Of a stretch of 64,000 nucleotides of DNA, positions 1 through 10,332 are shown in pieces (position 1 is the stretch's first letter; every line of letters starts with the position of its first letter). Under the pieces are notes generated by a model, which worked only from the letters and a program-made list of their open reading frames with translations, was not told the origin of the DNA and did no database searches. This stretch comes from an uncultured Bordetella sp. (lineage in GTDB: Bacteria; Pseudomonadota; Gammaproteobacteria; Burkholderiales; Burkholderiaceae_C): contig CAZXLI010000003.1 of assembly GCA_964641795.1 (NCBI GenBank), forward strand, positions 4,766-68,765. The letters are read 5' to 3'. Made by a program: the position numbers and the translations under genes.

Positions 1-1587
1 CTGGTCGGCCGCGAAGCCGGCGCGTGGCGGCAGCTGGGCCGCCAGTTGCTGCCGGCGGCGCTGCTGCTGGCCGGCTTTGCCGTCGCGGCCTTCCGGGTCT
101 TCGGCGGTGCCGGCTACCGCGGGTTGCTCGCGCTGCTGGCCTGCGTCTGGCTGATGCTGCCGCTGGCGCACGAGGCGGCACGCTTCAAGGCGGCCGAGTG
201 GTCGGCCGGCCTGGCGCTGGGGCTCGTCGCCGGTGCGCTGGCGACGATGGCATCCGCCGCGCTGCCGAAGGGCCCCTACCTGGTGTTCGGTGTCCTCGCG
301 CTGGCCACCGGCGCGCTGCTGGGATGGCGCCTGCGCCAGGGGTCGCGCCCGAGCGGGCCGAGCATCATCGGCGCGCTGGCGCTGGCCGGATTCATCGGCG
401 CACTGGTCGCGCTGGTGCTGGTGGCCGCGCATTGGGGCGAGGCGCGCGGGCTCGCGGCGTCCTGGCCGGTGGCCGTGGCCTTGTTCGCGGTGTTCGGCGC
501 CGCGGCATCGCAGCCGCGCCTGCGCTGGCCCGCCGCACCCCGCTGGCATGGGCTCACCGGCTGCGCGCTGGTCGCGATGGCCGCGCTGGTGGCGGTGTTC
601 GGTGGCGGCGACTACATGGCCGGGCGGCTGTCGGCTTCGGAAGGCGACTTGGGCGGCCGCGAGGCCCACTGGCGGCGGGGCCTGAGCCTGGCCGAGACCG
701 GTGAGCAGCAGCTGCTGGGCGTCGGCCTCGGCCGTTACCTCGACCATTACGCGGTGACGGCCGGCCCCAACGATCGGCCCGGCGACTTCCGCTACCACGC
801 GGAGAACGGCGAAGCCTGGCTGGTGATGGCCGCCGGCACCCATGTGCTGGGCTGGGGCGAGATCCTGCGCGTCTCGCAGCGCATCGCCCAGCCCGACGGG
901 CGCCTGACGGTGGCCTTCGACGCGCGCAGCGACAAGCCGGTGAACCTGCACTTCGATGTCTGCAGGAAGCACCTGCTGTACGACGACGGCGGCTGCCAGG
1001 TGCGCAACATCCAGCTGCCGGCCACGCAGGGCGCCTGGCAGCATGTGAGCCAGCCGATCGAAGGCGACGGGCTGCCGGCCGATCCCTGGTATCTGCCGCG
1101 CGCGGTCGTGTTCTCGGTCGGCAGCGAGACGCCGGCGGTGCCGGTGGCGCTGGACCACCTGTCGCTGAAGGACGCCACCGGCCGCGAGCTGCTGCACAAC
1201 GGCAACTTCGAAGACCGCGGCAGCGGCGGCCTCGAGCGCTGGTTCTTCTCCAGCGACCGCTTCCACCTGCCCTGGCATGCGAAGAACCTGGCGGTGCACC
1301 TGTGGGTCGAGCAGGGCGGGCTGGGGCTGCTGATTGCTGGCCTGGTGTGGCTGGCGGCGCTGGCCCGCGTCACGATCGGCAGCGCCTGGCAGCAGCCGCT
1401 CGCGCCGGCGCTGGCCGCCGCGCTGCTGGGCTTCATGGTGGTCGGCCTGGTCGACAGCCTGCTGGACATGCCGCGCGTCGCCTGGCAGTACCACGTGCTG
1501 GTGCTGCTGGCGCTGACGCTGCAGCAGCCCTACCGCTCGATGCGTCGTGCACGCGCCGGGCGCGCCGACCCCGCAGACGCGGGCTGA
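1..1587 (+). CDS. Polytopic membrane protein, O-antigen-ligase/VanZ-associated type, with a periplasmic carbohydrate-binding-like domain (5' end outside window)
   Basis: Frame open from base 1. Many TM segments, 'LLGVGLGRY' and 'PWHAKNL..HLWVEQG..G' resemble the Wzy_C/O-antigen ligase H-N motif, plus a soluble 'NGNFE' CBM-like insert. Confidence 0.6.
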   Translation: MVGREAGAWRQLGRQLLPAALLLAGFAVAAFRVFGGAGYRGLLALLACVWLMLPLAHEAARFKAAEWSAGLALGLVAGALATMASAALPKGPYLVFGVLALATGALLGWRLRQGSRPSGPSIIGALALAGFIGALVALVLVAAHWGEARGLAASWPVAVALFAVFGAAASQPRLRWPAAPRWHGLTGCALVAMAALVAVFGGGDYMAGRLSASEGDLGGREAHWRRGLSLAETGEQQLLGVGLGRYLDHYAVTAGPNDRPGDFRYHAENGEAWLVMAAGTHVLGWGEILRVSQRIAQPDGRLTVAFDARSDKPVNLHFDVCRKHLLYDDGGCQVRNIQLPATQGAWQHVSQPIEGDGLPADPWYLPRAVVFSVGSETPAVPVALDHLSLKDATGRELLHNGNFEDRGSGGLERWFFSSDRFHLPWHAKNLAVHLWVEQGGLGLLIAGLVWLAALARVTIGSAWQQPLAPALAAALLGFMVVGLVDSLLDMPRVAWQYHVLVLLALTLQQPYRSMRRARAGRADPADAG

Positions 1588-1657
1588 GGCTTGCACTGGC
1601 CGCCGCGTGGCGCCATGCGACACTCGATTTCCCCTGTCGTCGATCCTCCCGCGCGCC

Positions 1658-3352
1658 GTGGCCCAACTCCCCACTCCCCGCTTCGACCTTTTCTACCGGC
1701 ACGCTGAACTCACCGGCCTGCTGCAGGAATATGCCGAAGCCAAGCCCGAGCTGATGCAGCTGCGCTCCATCGGCCGCAGCCATGAAGGCCGCGACATCTG
1801 GGTCGCGGTGCTGACCAGCACCAAGACCGGGGCCGACCGCGACAAGCCCGCGTTCTGGATCGACGGCAACATCCACGCCGGCGAGCTCACCGCCTCCACG
1901 GCCTGCCTGTACTGGCTGCACCAGCTGCTGTCGGGCTATGGCAGCGACGCCAAGGTCACCCAGCTGCTGGACACCCGCGCGGTCTACATCTGCCCGCGCG
2001 TCAACCCCGACGGCGCCGAGCTCGCGCTGGCCGACAAGCCGCGCTACATCCGCTCGTCGACGCGACCCTATCCGTGGGACGAAGACCCGGTGGAGGGCCT
2101 CACCGTCGAGGACATCGACGGCGACGGCCGCGTGCTGCACATGCGCGTGCCCGACCCGCACGGACCCTGGAAATGCCATGCGACCGATGCCCGGCTGATG
2201 GTGCCGCGCGAGCCCGGCGAGTTCGGCGGCCAGTACTACCGCGTGATGCCCGAGGGCACGCTGACGCACTACGACGGCCTGCGCATCAGCGTGAACCCCG
2301 ACCGCGAAGGGCTGGACCTGAACCGCAACTTCCCGGCCTACTGGCGCCAGGAATTCGAGCAGAAGGGCGCAGGGCCCTACCCGACCAGCGAGCCCGAGGT
2401 GCGCGCGATGGTCGACTTCATCACCGGCCATCCGAACATCGGCGGCGCGGTGAGCTTCCACACCCACTCCGGCGTGATCCTGCGGCCGATGGGCACGCAG
2501 AGCGACGATGACATGACGCCCGAGGACCTGTGGGTCTACAAGCGCCTGTCGAGCCTGGGCGAAAAGCTCACCGGCTACCCCTCGATCAGCATCTTCCACG
2601 ACTTCAAGTACCACCCGAAGGAAATCATCACCGGCACGCAGGACTGGATCTACGAGCACCTGGGCGCGCTGTTCTGGACCGTCGAGATCTGGGCCCCGAA
2701 CAAGGAAGCCGGCATCACCGACTACGACTGGATCCACTGGTACCGCGAGCACCCGGTCGAGGACGACCTGAAGCTGCTGAAGTGGAGCGACGAGCAGTGC
2801 GGCGGCCAGGCCCATGTGGCCTGGTACCCCTTCCGCCACCCGCAGCTGGGCATGGTCGAGCTCGGCGGCTGGGACCGGCTGAACTACTGGCGCAACCCGC
2901 CGCCGCAGCTGCGCGAACGCGAGGCCGCGCGCTTCCCGGCCTGGCTGACGCAACTGGCCTTGAGCCTGCCCAAGCTCGAGGTGCTGCGCACCGAGGTGCG
3001 CGCGCTCGGGCCCGATACCTGGCGCGTGCGCTTCGCGGTCGGCAATGCCGGCTACCTGCCCTCGAACATCAGCAAGCGGGCGCTCGAACGCAAGACGGTG
3101 CGCGGCACCGTGTTCGAGCTGCACCTGCCGCCGGGCGTGGCACTGGTGTCGGGCCAGCAGCGCGTCATCGGGCCGCACCTCGAGGGGCATGCGCCGAAGA
3201 ATTCGCTGCAGGCCTTCCTGCCGAACAAGGACATCACCGCCGACCGCGCGGTGGCCGAGTGGATCGTCAAGGCACCGCGCGGCACGCACCTGGCGCTCAC
3301 CGCCAGCGCCGACCGCGCCGGCACGGTGCGGACTGAAGTCACCCTGGACTGA
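1658..3352 (+). CDS. M14 family zinc carboxypeptidase
   Basis: GNIHAGE (HxxE), NPDG, DLNRNF, SEPE and SFHT motifs. GTG start at 1658 chosen by eye. Confidence 0.88.
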   Translation: MAQLPTPRFDLFYRHAELTGLLQEYAEAKPELMQLRSIGRSHEGRDIWVAVLTSTKTGADRDKPAFWIDGNIHAGELTASTACLYWLHQLLSGYGSDAKVTQLLDTRAVYICPRVNPDGAELALADKPRYIRSSTRPYPWDEDPVEGLTVEDIDGDGRVLHMRVPDPHGPWKCHATDARLMVPREPGEFGGQYYRVMPEGTLTHYDGLRISVNPDREGLDLNRNFPAYWRQEFEQKGAGPYPTSEPEVRAMVDFITGHPNIGGAVSFHTHSGVILRPMGTQSDDDMTPEDLWVYKRLSSLGEKLTGYPSISIFHDFKYHPKEIITGTQDWIYEHLGALFWTVEIWAPNKEAGITDYDWIHWYREHPVEDDLKLLKWSDEQCGGQAHVAWYPFRHPQLGMVELGGWDRLNYWRNPPPQLREREAARFPAWLTQLALSLPKLEVLRTEVRALGPDTWRVRFAVGNAGYLPSNISKRALERKTVRGTVFELHLPPGVALVSGQQRVIGPHLEGHAPKNSLQAFLPNKDITADRAVAEWIVKAPRGTHLALTASADRAGTVRTEVTLD

Positions 3353-3355
3353 TGG

Positions 3356-3442
3356 CCCACCCCCGAAGCGCCTTCGGCGCCTCCCCCTCGAGGGGGCGCC
3401 GCCAACCGCCCGGCGAAGCCGGTTCCGTGGCGTCTGCTGGGT
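3356..3442. repeat. Intergenic REP-like palindromic element (copy 1)
   Basis: Hairpins CCGAAG..CTTCGG and CCCCCTCGAGGGGG. Its reverse complement aligns with 41522-41579. Confidence 0.7.
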
Positions 3443-3477
3443 AAGACGGCTTCGAGATCACCGCGAGGATCGATGCC

Positions 3478-4185
3478 ATGCTGAACTGCCTGCTGCTCGA
3501 TGACGACGCGGCGATCCGCGAGCTGGTGACCAGCTACCTGGCCCAGCACGCGATCAGCGTCCAGGCGCTGGCCGACGGCGCCAGCTTCCGCCGCGTGGCG
3601 CCCGAGGCCGAGGTCGACGTGGTGCTGCTCGACCTGATGCTGCCCGACGACGACGGCCTGGCGCTGTGCCGCTGGCTAAAGAGCACGCGGCCGGCCCTGC
3701 CGGTGATCATGCTCACCGCCCAGGGCGATCCGATCTCGCGCGTGCTGGGCCTGGAGCTGGGCGCCGACGACTACGTGCCCAAGCCCTTCGAGCCGCGCGA
3801 GCTGGTGGCGCGCATCCGCGCGGTGCTGCGGCGTGGCCAGGCCCTGGCCGCGGCCACGCAGGCCGAGACGCGCTTCGCCGGCTGGACCTTCGACCGCATC
3901 CGCCGCCACCTGCTGGCGCCCGATGGCACGCTGGTGTCGCTGTCCGCGGCCGAGTTCCGGCTGCTGTCGGCCTTCGTCGACCATGCCGGCCAGGTGCTCA
4001 GCCGCGAGCGCCTGCTCGAGCTCACGCGCACGCCCGGCGTCGAGGCCACCGACCGCAGCATCGACCTGGCGGTGTCGCGCCTGCGCGGCAAGCTCGGCGA
4101 CGCCGGCGGGGAAACGCAGCTGATCCGCACGCTGCGCGGCCAGGGCTATGTCTTCGACGTCGGCGCACGCGGCCTGGGCACCTGA
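3478..4185 (+). CDS. OmpR-family response regulator (no adjacent kinase)
   Basis: REC domain (LLDDD, DLMLP, GADDYVPKPF) plus winged helix (DRSIDLAVSRLR, IRTLRGQGY). Confidence 0.93.
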   Translation: MLNCLLLDDDAAIRELVTSYLAQHAISVQALADGASFRRVAPEAEVDVVLLDLMLPDDDGLALCRWLKSTRPALPVIMLTAQGDPISRVLGLELGADDYVPKPFEPRELVARIRAVLRRGQALAAATQAETRFAGWTFDRIRRHLLAPDGTLVSLSAAEFRLLSAFVDHAGQVLSRERLLELTRTPGVEATDRSIDLAVSRLRGKLGDAGGETQLIRTLRGQGYVFDVGARGLGT

Positions 4186-4199
4186 TACCGCCGGCACAC

Positions 4200-4217
4200 T
4201 GTGTCGCGGGTGACACA
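4200..4217. promoter_or_regulatory. Palindromic operator candidate TGTGTC-N6-GACACA upstream of the dioxygenase genes
   Basis: Perfect 6-bp inverted repeat in the short intergenic region after the response regulator. Confidence 0.45.
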
Positions 4218-4307
4218 AACCACGGGCCAATTGCGCAACATCGGCGCTTCACACTGCAAAGCAGCGCGGCGATGTCCGCCGCACGAAGCACTTGCAGGAA
4301 GACTCCG

Positions 4308-5183
4308 ATGGCCCACGCGCAAGAACCCCATGACCAAGGCCTGGCCGCCGACCTGAACCGCCTGGGCCGGCAGCTCGCCGGCCGCCGCGACACGCTGATC
4401 TGGCTGCTCGGCGCCGGTGCGGCCGGCTCGCTGCTGATGAGCGGCTGCGGCGGGGGCGGCGACGATGCCACCAGCACCACGACGAGCACCGGCTCGACCG
4501 GCACCACCACCGGCAGCACGACCACCACCAGCGGCAGCTGCAGCGTGATCCCCGAGGAGACCGCCGGCCCCTATCCGGGCGACGGCTCGAACACCGCCAA
4601 CGGCAGCGTCGCGAACGCACTGGCGCTAACAGGCATTGTACGCAGCGACATCCGCTCGAGCATCGGCGGCGCCACGGCGACAGCCGACGGCGTGCCGCTG
4701 ACGGTGAAGCTGCAGCTGGTCAACACCGCCGGCAGCTGCGCCGCGCTCGGCGGCCGCGCGGTCTACCTGTGGCATTGCGACCGGCAGGGCCGCTACTCGA
4801 TGTATTCGAGCGGCGTCACCGGCGAGAACTACCTGCGCGGCGTGCAGCAGACCGATGCGAGCGGCAACCTCGAGTTCACCACCATCTTCCCCGGCTGCTA
4901 CGACGGGCGCATGCCGCACATGCACTTCGAGGTCTATCCGAACCTCGCCAGCGCCACCAGCGCCGGCAACAAGATCAAGACCTCGCAGATCGCGTTCCCG
5001 GTGAACATCTGCAACGAGGTCTACGCGACCTCGGCCTACAGCAGCAGCGCGAGCAATTTCGCGCGCATCAGCTTCGCCACCGACAACGTGTTCAGCGATG
5101 GCGTCACGCTGCAGCTCGCCACGCTGACCGGCAGCGTCAGCGCCGGCTACGTGGCCACGCTGCAGGTCGGCATCTCGGCCTGA
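4308..5183 (+). CDS. Intradiol ring-cleavage dioxygenase-like Tat lipoprotein
   Basis: RR signal and lipobox (LMSGC), Thr/Ser linker, ETAGPY, WHCD..GRY and PGCYDGRMPHMH (Tyr/Tyr/His/His Fe ligands). Confidence 0.85.
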   Translation: MAHAQEPHDQGLAADLNRLGRQLAGRRDTLIWLLGAGAAGSLLMSGCGGGGDDATSTTTSTGSTGTTTGSTTTTSGSCSVIPEETAGPYPGDGSNTANGSVANALALTGIVRSDIRSSIGGATATADGVPLTVKLQLVNTAGSCAALGGRAVYLWHCDRQGRYSMYSSGVTGENYLRGVQQTDASGNLEFTTIFPGCYDGRMPHMHFEVYPNLASATSAGNKIKTSQIAFPVNICNEVYATSAYSSSASNFARISFATDNVFSDGVTLQLATLTGSVSAGYVATLQVGISA

Positions 5184-5211
5184 AGACCCGGCGAACGCGC
5201 AGGCGCACGCC

Positions 5212-7191
5212 ATGGCCCGCGAGACCGGCCCCGAGAACGAACCGACCCCCGCACCGACGCCGCGGCGCCAGGCGCTGGGCGCCCTGAGCCTGCTGGGGGC
5301 GATGACGCTGGCCGCCTGCGGCGGCGGCGGCGATGCCGCGAGCCCGACGCCGAGCCCCTCGCCCACCCCGTCGGCATCGGACAACGCCGCGCTGGCGGGC
5401 CTGAGCCTGTCGGCCGGCACGCTGTCGCCGGCGTTCGCGGCGGACACGCTCACCTACGCCGTCAGCATCGGCAACAGCGTCGCCAGCCTCGTGCTGGTGC
5501 CCACCGTGGCCGACAGCGGCGCGACGGTGAAGGTCAATGGCACGCTCGTCGCCAGCGGTGCGTCCAGCGCGGCGATCGCACTGGCGGTCGGCGCCAACAC
5601 GGTCTCGCTGGTCGTCACCGCCGCCGACGGCAGCACCACGCGCACCTACACCGTGGTGGCCACGCGCGCGGCCGCCACAGCCTCGTCCGATGCCGGCCTG
5701 AGCGCGCTGGCGCTGTCCAGCGGCACGCTGAGCCCCGGCTTCGCCGCCGGCACGCTGAGCTACAGCGCCAACGTCGCCTACGAGACCAGCTCGATCACGC
5801 TCACCGCCACCACCGCCAGTTCGGCCGCGAAGCTGACGGTCAACGGCCTGGCCGCCAGCAGCGGCCAGGCCAGTGCCGCGGTGGCGCTGGCGGTCGGCAG
5901 CAGCGTGATCACGGTGCTGGTCACCGCTGAGGATGGCAGCACGACGCGCAGCTATACCGTCGCCGTCACGCGCGCGGCGCGCAGCGTCTCCAGCGACGCC
6001 ACGCTCAGCGGCCTGGTGCTGTCGGCCGGCACGCTGTCGCCGGCCTTCGCGTCGGGCACGCTGCGCTACGCCGCGTCGGTGGCCAACAGCGTCGCCAGCG
6101 TGACGCTGGTGGCCACCAGCAGCTCGGCGGCGGCCACGCTCAGCCTCAACGGCAGCGTGCTGGTCAACGGCAGCAGCTCGGCGGCCCAGGCGCTGGCCGT
6201 TGGCGACAACACGCTCACCTTGGTGGTGACCGCCGAGGACGGCAGCACCACCGCCACCTACCAGGTGGTGGTCACGCGCGCCGCGGCGACGCTGTCCAGC
6301 GACGCCAGCTTGAGTGCGCTGGTGCTGTCGGCCGGCAGCCTGTCGCCGGCCTTCACGGCGGCCACGCTGAGCTACAGCGCGGCGCTGGCCAATACGGTGA
6401 CCGCGATCACCGTGACCGCCACCACCGCCCATGCAGGCGCCAGCGTCAAGGTCAATGGCACCGCGGTGAGCAGTGGCCAGGCCTCGGCCTCGATCACGCT
6501 GCCGGTGGGCACCACGACGCTGAGCATCGTCGTCACCGCGCAGGACGGCGTGACGACGCGCAGCTACACCGTGCAGGCGGTGCGCGCCGCTGTCGGCAGC
6601 TGCACGCTGACGCCCACGGAAACCGAGGGGCCGTACCCGCTGCTGGCGATCCTGAGCAACAGCGCGATGGTGCGCAGCGACATCCGCGAGAGCAAGACCG
6701 GCGTGCCGCTGACGCTGACGCTGAAGATCCAGGACCTGAGCGCCGGCTGCACGCCGGTGAGCAATGCGGCGGTGTACATCTGGCACTGCGACAAGGACGG
6801 CCTGTACTCGGGCTACAACGTGCAGAACAACAGCGGCCAGCAGGGCCTGACCTACCTGCGCGGCATCCAGGTCACCAACGGCAACGGCGAGGTGACGTTC
6901 ACGACCATTTACCCCGGCTGGTACGCCGGGCGCATCACGCACATCCACTTCCAGATCTACCTGAACGACAACCTGGCGGTGACGGCCACCGCCACCTCGC
7001 AGCTGGCTTTCCCGCAGGCGGTGACGCAGGCGGTGTACGCGAGCAGCCTCTACACCAAGGGCCAGAACACCTCGGTCACCAGCTTCTCGGCCGACAACGT
7101 GTTCAGCGACGGCACCACCTACCAGATGGCCAGCATCAGCGGCGACACCAGCAGCGGCTATGCCGCGAGCCTGACGGTGACGATCGCCTGA
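5212..7191 (+). CDS. Tat lipoprotein with four cadherin-like beta-sandwich repeats and a C-terminal intradiol dioxygenase domain
   Basis: RRQAL...LAAC signal, four ~102-aa repeats, ETEGPY, WHCD..GLY and PGWYAGRITHIH. Confidence 0.85.
   Translation: MARETGPENEPTPAPTPRRQALGALSLLGAMTLAACGGGGDAASPTPSPSPTPSASDNAALAGLSLSAGTLSPAFAADTLTYAVSIGNSVASLVLVPTVADSGATVKVNGTLVASGASSAAIALAVGANTVSLVVTAADGSTTRTYTVVATRAAATASSDAGLSALALSSGTLSPGFAAGTLSYSANVAYETSSITLTATTASSAAKLTVNGLAASSGQASAAVALAVGSSVITVLVTAEDGSTTRSYTVAVTRAARSVSSDATLSGLVLSAGTLSPAFASGTLRYAASVANSVASVTLVATSSSAAATLSLNGSVLVNGSSSAAQALAVGDNTLTLVVTAEDGSTTATYQVVVTRAAATLSSDASLSALVLSAGSLSPAFTAATLSYSAALANTVTAITVTATTAHAGASVKVNGTAVSSGQASASITLPVGTTTLSIVVTAQDGVTTRSYTVQAVRAAVGSCTLTPTETEGPYPLLAILSNSAMVRSDIRESKTGVPLTLTLKIQDLSAGCTPVSNAAVYIWHCDKDGLYSGYNVQNNSGQQGLTYLRGIQVTNGNGEVTFTTIYPGWYAGRITHIHFQIYLNDNLAVTATATSQLAFPQAVTQAVYASSLYTKGQNTSVTSFSADNVFSDGTTYQMASISGDTSSGYAASLTVTIA
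5377..6590 (+). repeat. Four intragenic tandem repeats of ~306 bp (cadherin-like domains)
   Basis: Units begin near 5377, 5686, 5992 and 6298, each approximately SDAxLSxLxLSAGTLSPAF...VTAEDGSTTRSYTVxVTRAA. Confidence 0.85.
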
Positions 7192-7341
7192 GCCGGGCGC
7201 ACCAAGGATCAAGACGCGCCCGCGGGCGCTGCGCTGGCTGGCGGGACTTCTTCCTGCACCGCCGGAGCGATGCCCGCTCGGTGATCCACTGCGCGATGCC
7301 GGTCGATCGCTAACGCCTGAAAATAGCGGCCAGTGCGCCGT

Positions 7342-9495
7342 TCACAGCGGCATCGGCATCGTCTCGGCGCTGGCGCGCGCCGGCAGCCGGATCGTGAAGC
7401 AGGCGCCGCCGCCATCGGCGTTGCCGGCATCGATGCTGCCGCCGTGCGCGGCGACGATCTTGCGGCAGATCGCCAGGCCCAGGCCGGTGCCGCCGGCGCC
7501 GTCGTTGGTACGGCTGGATTGCACGAACGCTTCGAAGATCACTTCCAGCTCGGCCGGCGGCACGCCCGGGCCGTGGTCGCGCACCGTGAGCGCGATCAGG
7601 CCGTCTTCGACACCGGCCGTCAGTTCGATCGGCGCGCCTTTCGGCGAGAACTTGATCGCATTGGCCAGCACGTTGCGAACCACCTGCTCGATGCGCAGCG
7701 GGTCCACCTTGGCCGTCAACGGCAGATCGCCCAGTGCCATGCGCAGGTCGAGCCGGTGGCGCTCCAGCAGCGGCTGCAGCTCGCGGGCCACGCCGCGCAC
7801 GATGCGGCGCAGGTCGACGCGCTCGACATGGAAAGTGCCCACCGTGCTGTCGATCTTGGCCACATCGAGCAGGTCGTTCACCAGCGCCAGCATGCGGTGG
7901 CCGGCGCCGTGGATGTCGCAGAACATGCTGCCCAGGCGTTCCTGCTCGCGCGCCCGCACGATGCCGAGCTCCGAGAAGCCGATGATCGACTGCAGCGGCG
8001 TGCGCAGTTCGTGGCTGATGTTGGCGATGAACTCCGACTTCGCGCGCGAGGCCTCTTCGGCGTTGTCGCGCGCGACGGTCAGTTCGACGTTGAGCTGCTG
8101 CAGCCGCTGATCGGCACGCCAGCGGTCGGTGACATCGGCGGCGCTGCCGGCAAAGCCGATCACGCCGCTGTCGTCGCGCAGCGGCATCACGGCGACATCG
8201 AACCAGCGCGGTTCGCCGCCCGGCAGCACGATGCCCACGGCCGAGGCGCTGCGGGCCTGGTCGACCGAGCGCCGACCGGGGCGGAACAAGGCGTCGATGC
8301 GCGCGGCATCGTCCGGCAGCACCGTGTCGCGCAGGCGTTGGCCGATCGCCTGCTCCGGCGGCTGGCCACTCCAGGTCGACCAGCGGCGGTTCACAAACGT
8401 GAGGCGGCCCTCGGCGTCGGTGCGGAACAGCAGGTTCTGCACGCTGCGCACCAGCACGCTGAGTTCGCGCTCGCTGTGCGCCACGCGCGCCTGCGCCTCG
8501 TCGAGCAGCGCCCGCGCCCGCGCCCGTGCCCGCAGGCTCCGCCAGGCCACCCAGGTGGCCGCCAGCACCAGCGCGATGCCCAGCACGCCGAAGGTCAGCG
8601 GCCAGCGCATGGTCTGCCACCAGCGGGCCTGCGCGGCATCGGTCGGGTACTCCACCACGGCCACCAACGGCAGGCTGCGCGAAGCGCGGAAGGCCAGGAT
8701 CTGGGGCGTGCCGGTGCTGCCGAGGCCCAGCAGCGCGCCGTGCTCTCGGTGTGCCAGCTGGTCGTGGGGCACGGCGTGCCAGCGCAGGTCGTCGCCGGGG
8801 GCCTGCGTCACCAGCCGCGAGGCCGCGAGCAGCCGGCCGTCGTAGCCCAGCAGCAGTGCGCGCGCCCCCTCGGCCTCACCCTGCAATGCGCCTTCCTGGT
8901 AGTTGCCGAAGGCGTCAGGGTTCACCACGCCCAGCAACAGCAGCGGCCGGCCGCCGGTGAGCTGGAAGCCCCGCAGCAGCGGCACGAAGGCCAGGCCACG
9001 GGGCCCGGCGCCGCCACGCGCCAGCGCGGCCAGCCCGCGGCCGGGCTGCGGCGGGCCGATGCGCTGTGTGCCAGGCGGGGGCAGCGGGCCCAGTGCCGCC
9101 AGCGGCAGCTGCAGCCCGGCTTCCGCCGCCACGCTGCTGGCCAGCACGCGGCCGTCCAGGTCCAGCAGCGCCACGCTGCGCAGCAAGGGCAGGCCAGTCA
9201 TGGCCTGGCTCAGCAGCGGTGCGAGCTCGCGGCCGTTCAAGGGCTCGCGGGCCGTGGCCAGCAGGCCGGCCAGCGCGCCCAGCGCGGTGCCACTGCTTTC
9301 GAAGCCGCGGGTGGCCTGGTCTTCGAGCTGGCGCGCCAGCAGCTCGCCGCGCGCCATCTCGAAGGCCAGGGCATTGCGCTGTTCGTTCCAACCCAGCAGC
9401 AGCACCACCAGCAGCAGCACGCCGGCCAGCGAGCCGCCAACGGTCCAGGCCAGGCGCGTGGCGCGCGCTTCGGCGGCGGCGATGTGGTCTGCCAT
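7342..9495 (-). CDS. Membrane sensor histidine kinase (periplasmic Cache-like, PAS, HisKA, HATPase)
   Basis: Two TMs, PAS, ANISHELRTPL H-box, NAIKF, DHGPG, GGTGLGL. Confidence 0.92.
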   Translation of the reverse strand: MADHIAAAEARATRLAWTVGGSLAGVLLLVVLLLGWNEQRNALAFEMARGELLARQLEDQATRGFESSGTALGALAGLLATAREPLNGRELAPLLSQAMTGLPLLRSVALLDLDGRVLASSVAAEAGLQLPLAALGPLPPPGTQRIGPPQPGRGLAALARGGAGPRGLAFVPLLRGFQLTGGRPLLLLGVVNPDAFGNYQEGALQGEAEGARALLLGYDGRLLAASRLVTQAPGDDLRWHAVPHDQLAHREHGALLGLGSTGTPQILAFRASRSLPLVAVVEYPTDAAQARWWQTMRWPLTFGVLGIALVLAATWVAWRSLRARARARALLDEAQARVAHSERELSVLVRSVQNLLFRTDAEGRLTFVNRRWSTWSGQPPEQAIGQRLRDTVLPDDAARIDALFRPGRRSVDQARSASAVGIVLPGGEPRWFDVAVMPLRDDSGVIGFAGSAADVTDRWRADQRLQQLNVELTVARDNAEEASRAKSEFIANISHELRTPLQSIIGFSELGIVRAREQERLGSMFCDIHGAGHRMLALVNDLLDVAKIDSTVGTFHVERVDLRRIVRGVARELQPLLERHRLDLRMALGDLPLTAKVDPLRIEQVVRNVLANAIKFSPKGAPIELTAGVEDGLIALTVRDHGPGVPPAELEVIFEAFVQSSRTNDGAGGTGLGLAICRKIVAAHGGSIDAGNADGGGACFTIRLPARASAETMPMPL

Positions 9496-9520
9496 GGCGA
9501 TGGGCCGTGTCTTTGGGGGG

Positions 9521-10327
9521 TTATCGAACGACGATCGGCGCCAGCCCGTGGCGGCGCGCCGCCGCCTGCAGGCGGCCGTCGCGCTTGATGCGGCCGACGA
9601 AGTCGTCGATCGCGGCCGTCCAGGCCTCGTCGCCCGGCGCGCTCGCGTAGGCGTAGGGCAGCACGTGGAAGGGCGCGGGCGGCGAGACCAGCGCGGCCCA
9701 GTCGGCGTTGTCCAGCAGCCTGCGGCTGTAGGGGTAGTCGGTCATGAACACGTCGACGCGACCGGCCTCGAGTTCACGCTCGCGGGTCTCCGGCGGGCGA
9801 ATGGCGACCAGGCGCGCCTGCTTCAGGGTCGCCGCCATCACCGGCTCCATGAAGGTGCCGGCCTGCACGGCCACCACCACGCCGGGCTGGTCGATGTCCT
9901 GCCACTGGCGCACCAGCTTGTTGCTGCGGGTGGTGATCGCGTAGATATCGCTCTGCAGGTAGGGCTGGCTGAACTTGAGCCGCTCCATGCGCTGCGGCAG
10001 CATGCCGATGGCGAACATGCCGACGTCGCAGCGCTCGCCGCGCAGGTCGTCCACCAGTTGCGGGAACGAGGTCTCGACGTACTGCAGCTTCAGCTTCAGG
10101 TCGGCGGCGAGTTCGGCCGACAGGTCGATGTCGATACCCTGCAGCTGGCTGGTGCGCGGGTTGCGCCAGGTGACGCCGTAGTACTCCGGCCAGATGCACA
10201 CGCGCAGCGTGCCGCTGGCCTTCAAGCGGTCCAGCACGGGGCCGGCCACGGCCAGGGCAGGCGTCAGCAGCAGGCTGGCCCACAGAGCCATGGCCGCTAC
10301 GATCAGACGATAGGGCACCGGGCACAT
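9521..10327 (-). CDS. Amino-acid-type substrate-binding protein (SBP family 3)
   Basis: Signal peptide, 'LDRLKASGTLRV', GIDIDL, FSQPY. Confidence 0.85.
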   Translation of the reverse strand: MCPVPYRLIVAAMALWASLLLTPALAVAGPVLDRLKASGTLRVCIWPEYYGVTWRNPRTSQLQGIDIDLSAELAADLKLKLQYVETSFPQLVDDLRGERCDVGMFAIGMLPQRMERLKFSQPYLQSDIYAITTRSNKLVRQWQDIDQPGVVVAVQAGTFMEPVMAATLKQARLVAIRPPETRERELEAGRVDVFMTDYPYSRRLLDNADWAALVSPPAPFHVLPYAYASAPGDEAWTAAIDDFVGRIKRDGRLQAAARRHGLAPIVVR

Positions 10328-10332
10328 CGGGC

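Noticed and set aside
7192-7341. Possible riboswitch or sRNA between the dioxygenase and kinase genes
   Set aside because: Convergent gap with only weak hairpins and no recognisable motif.
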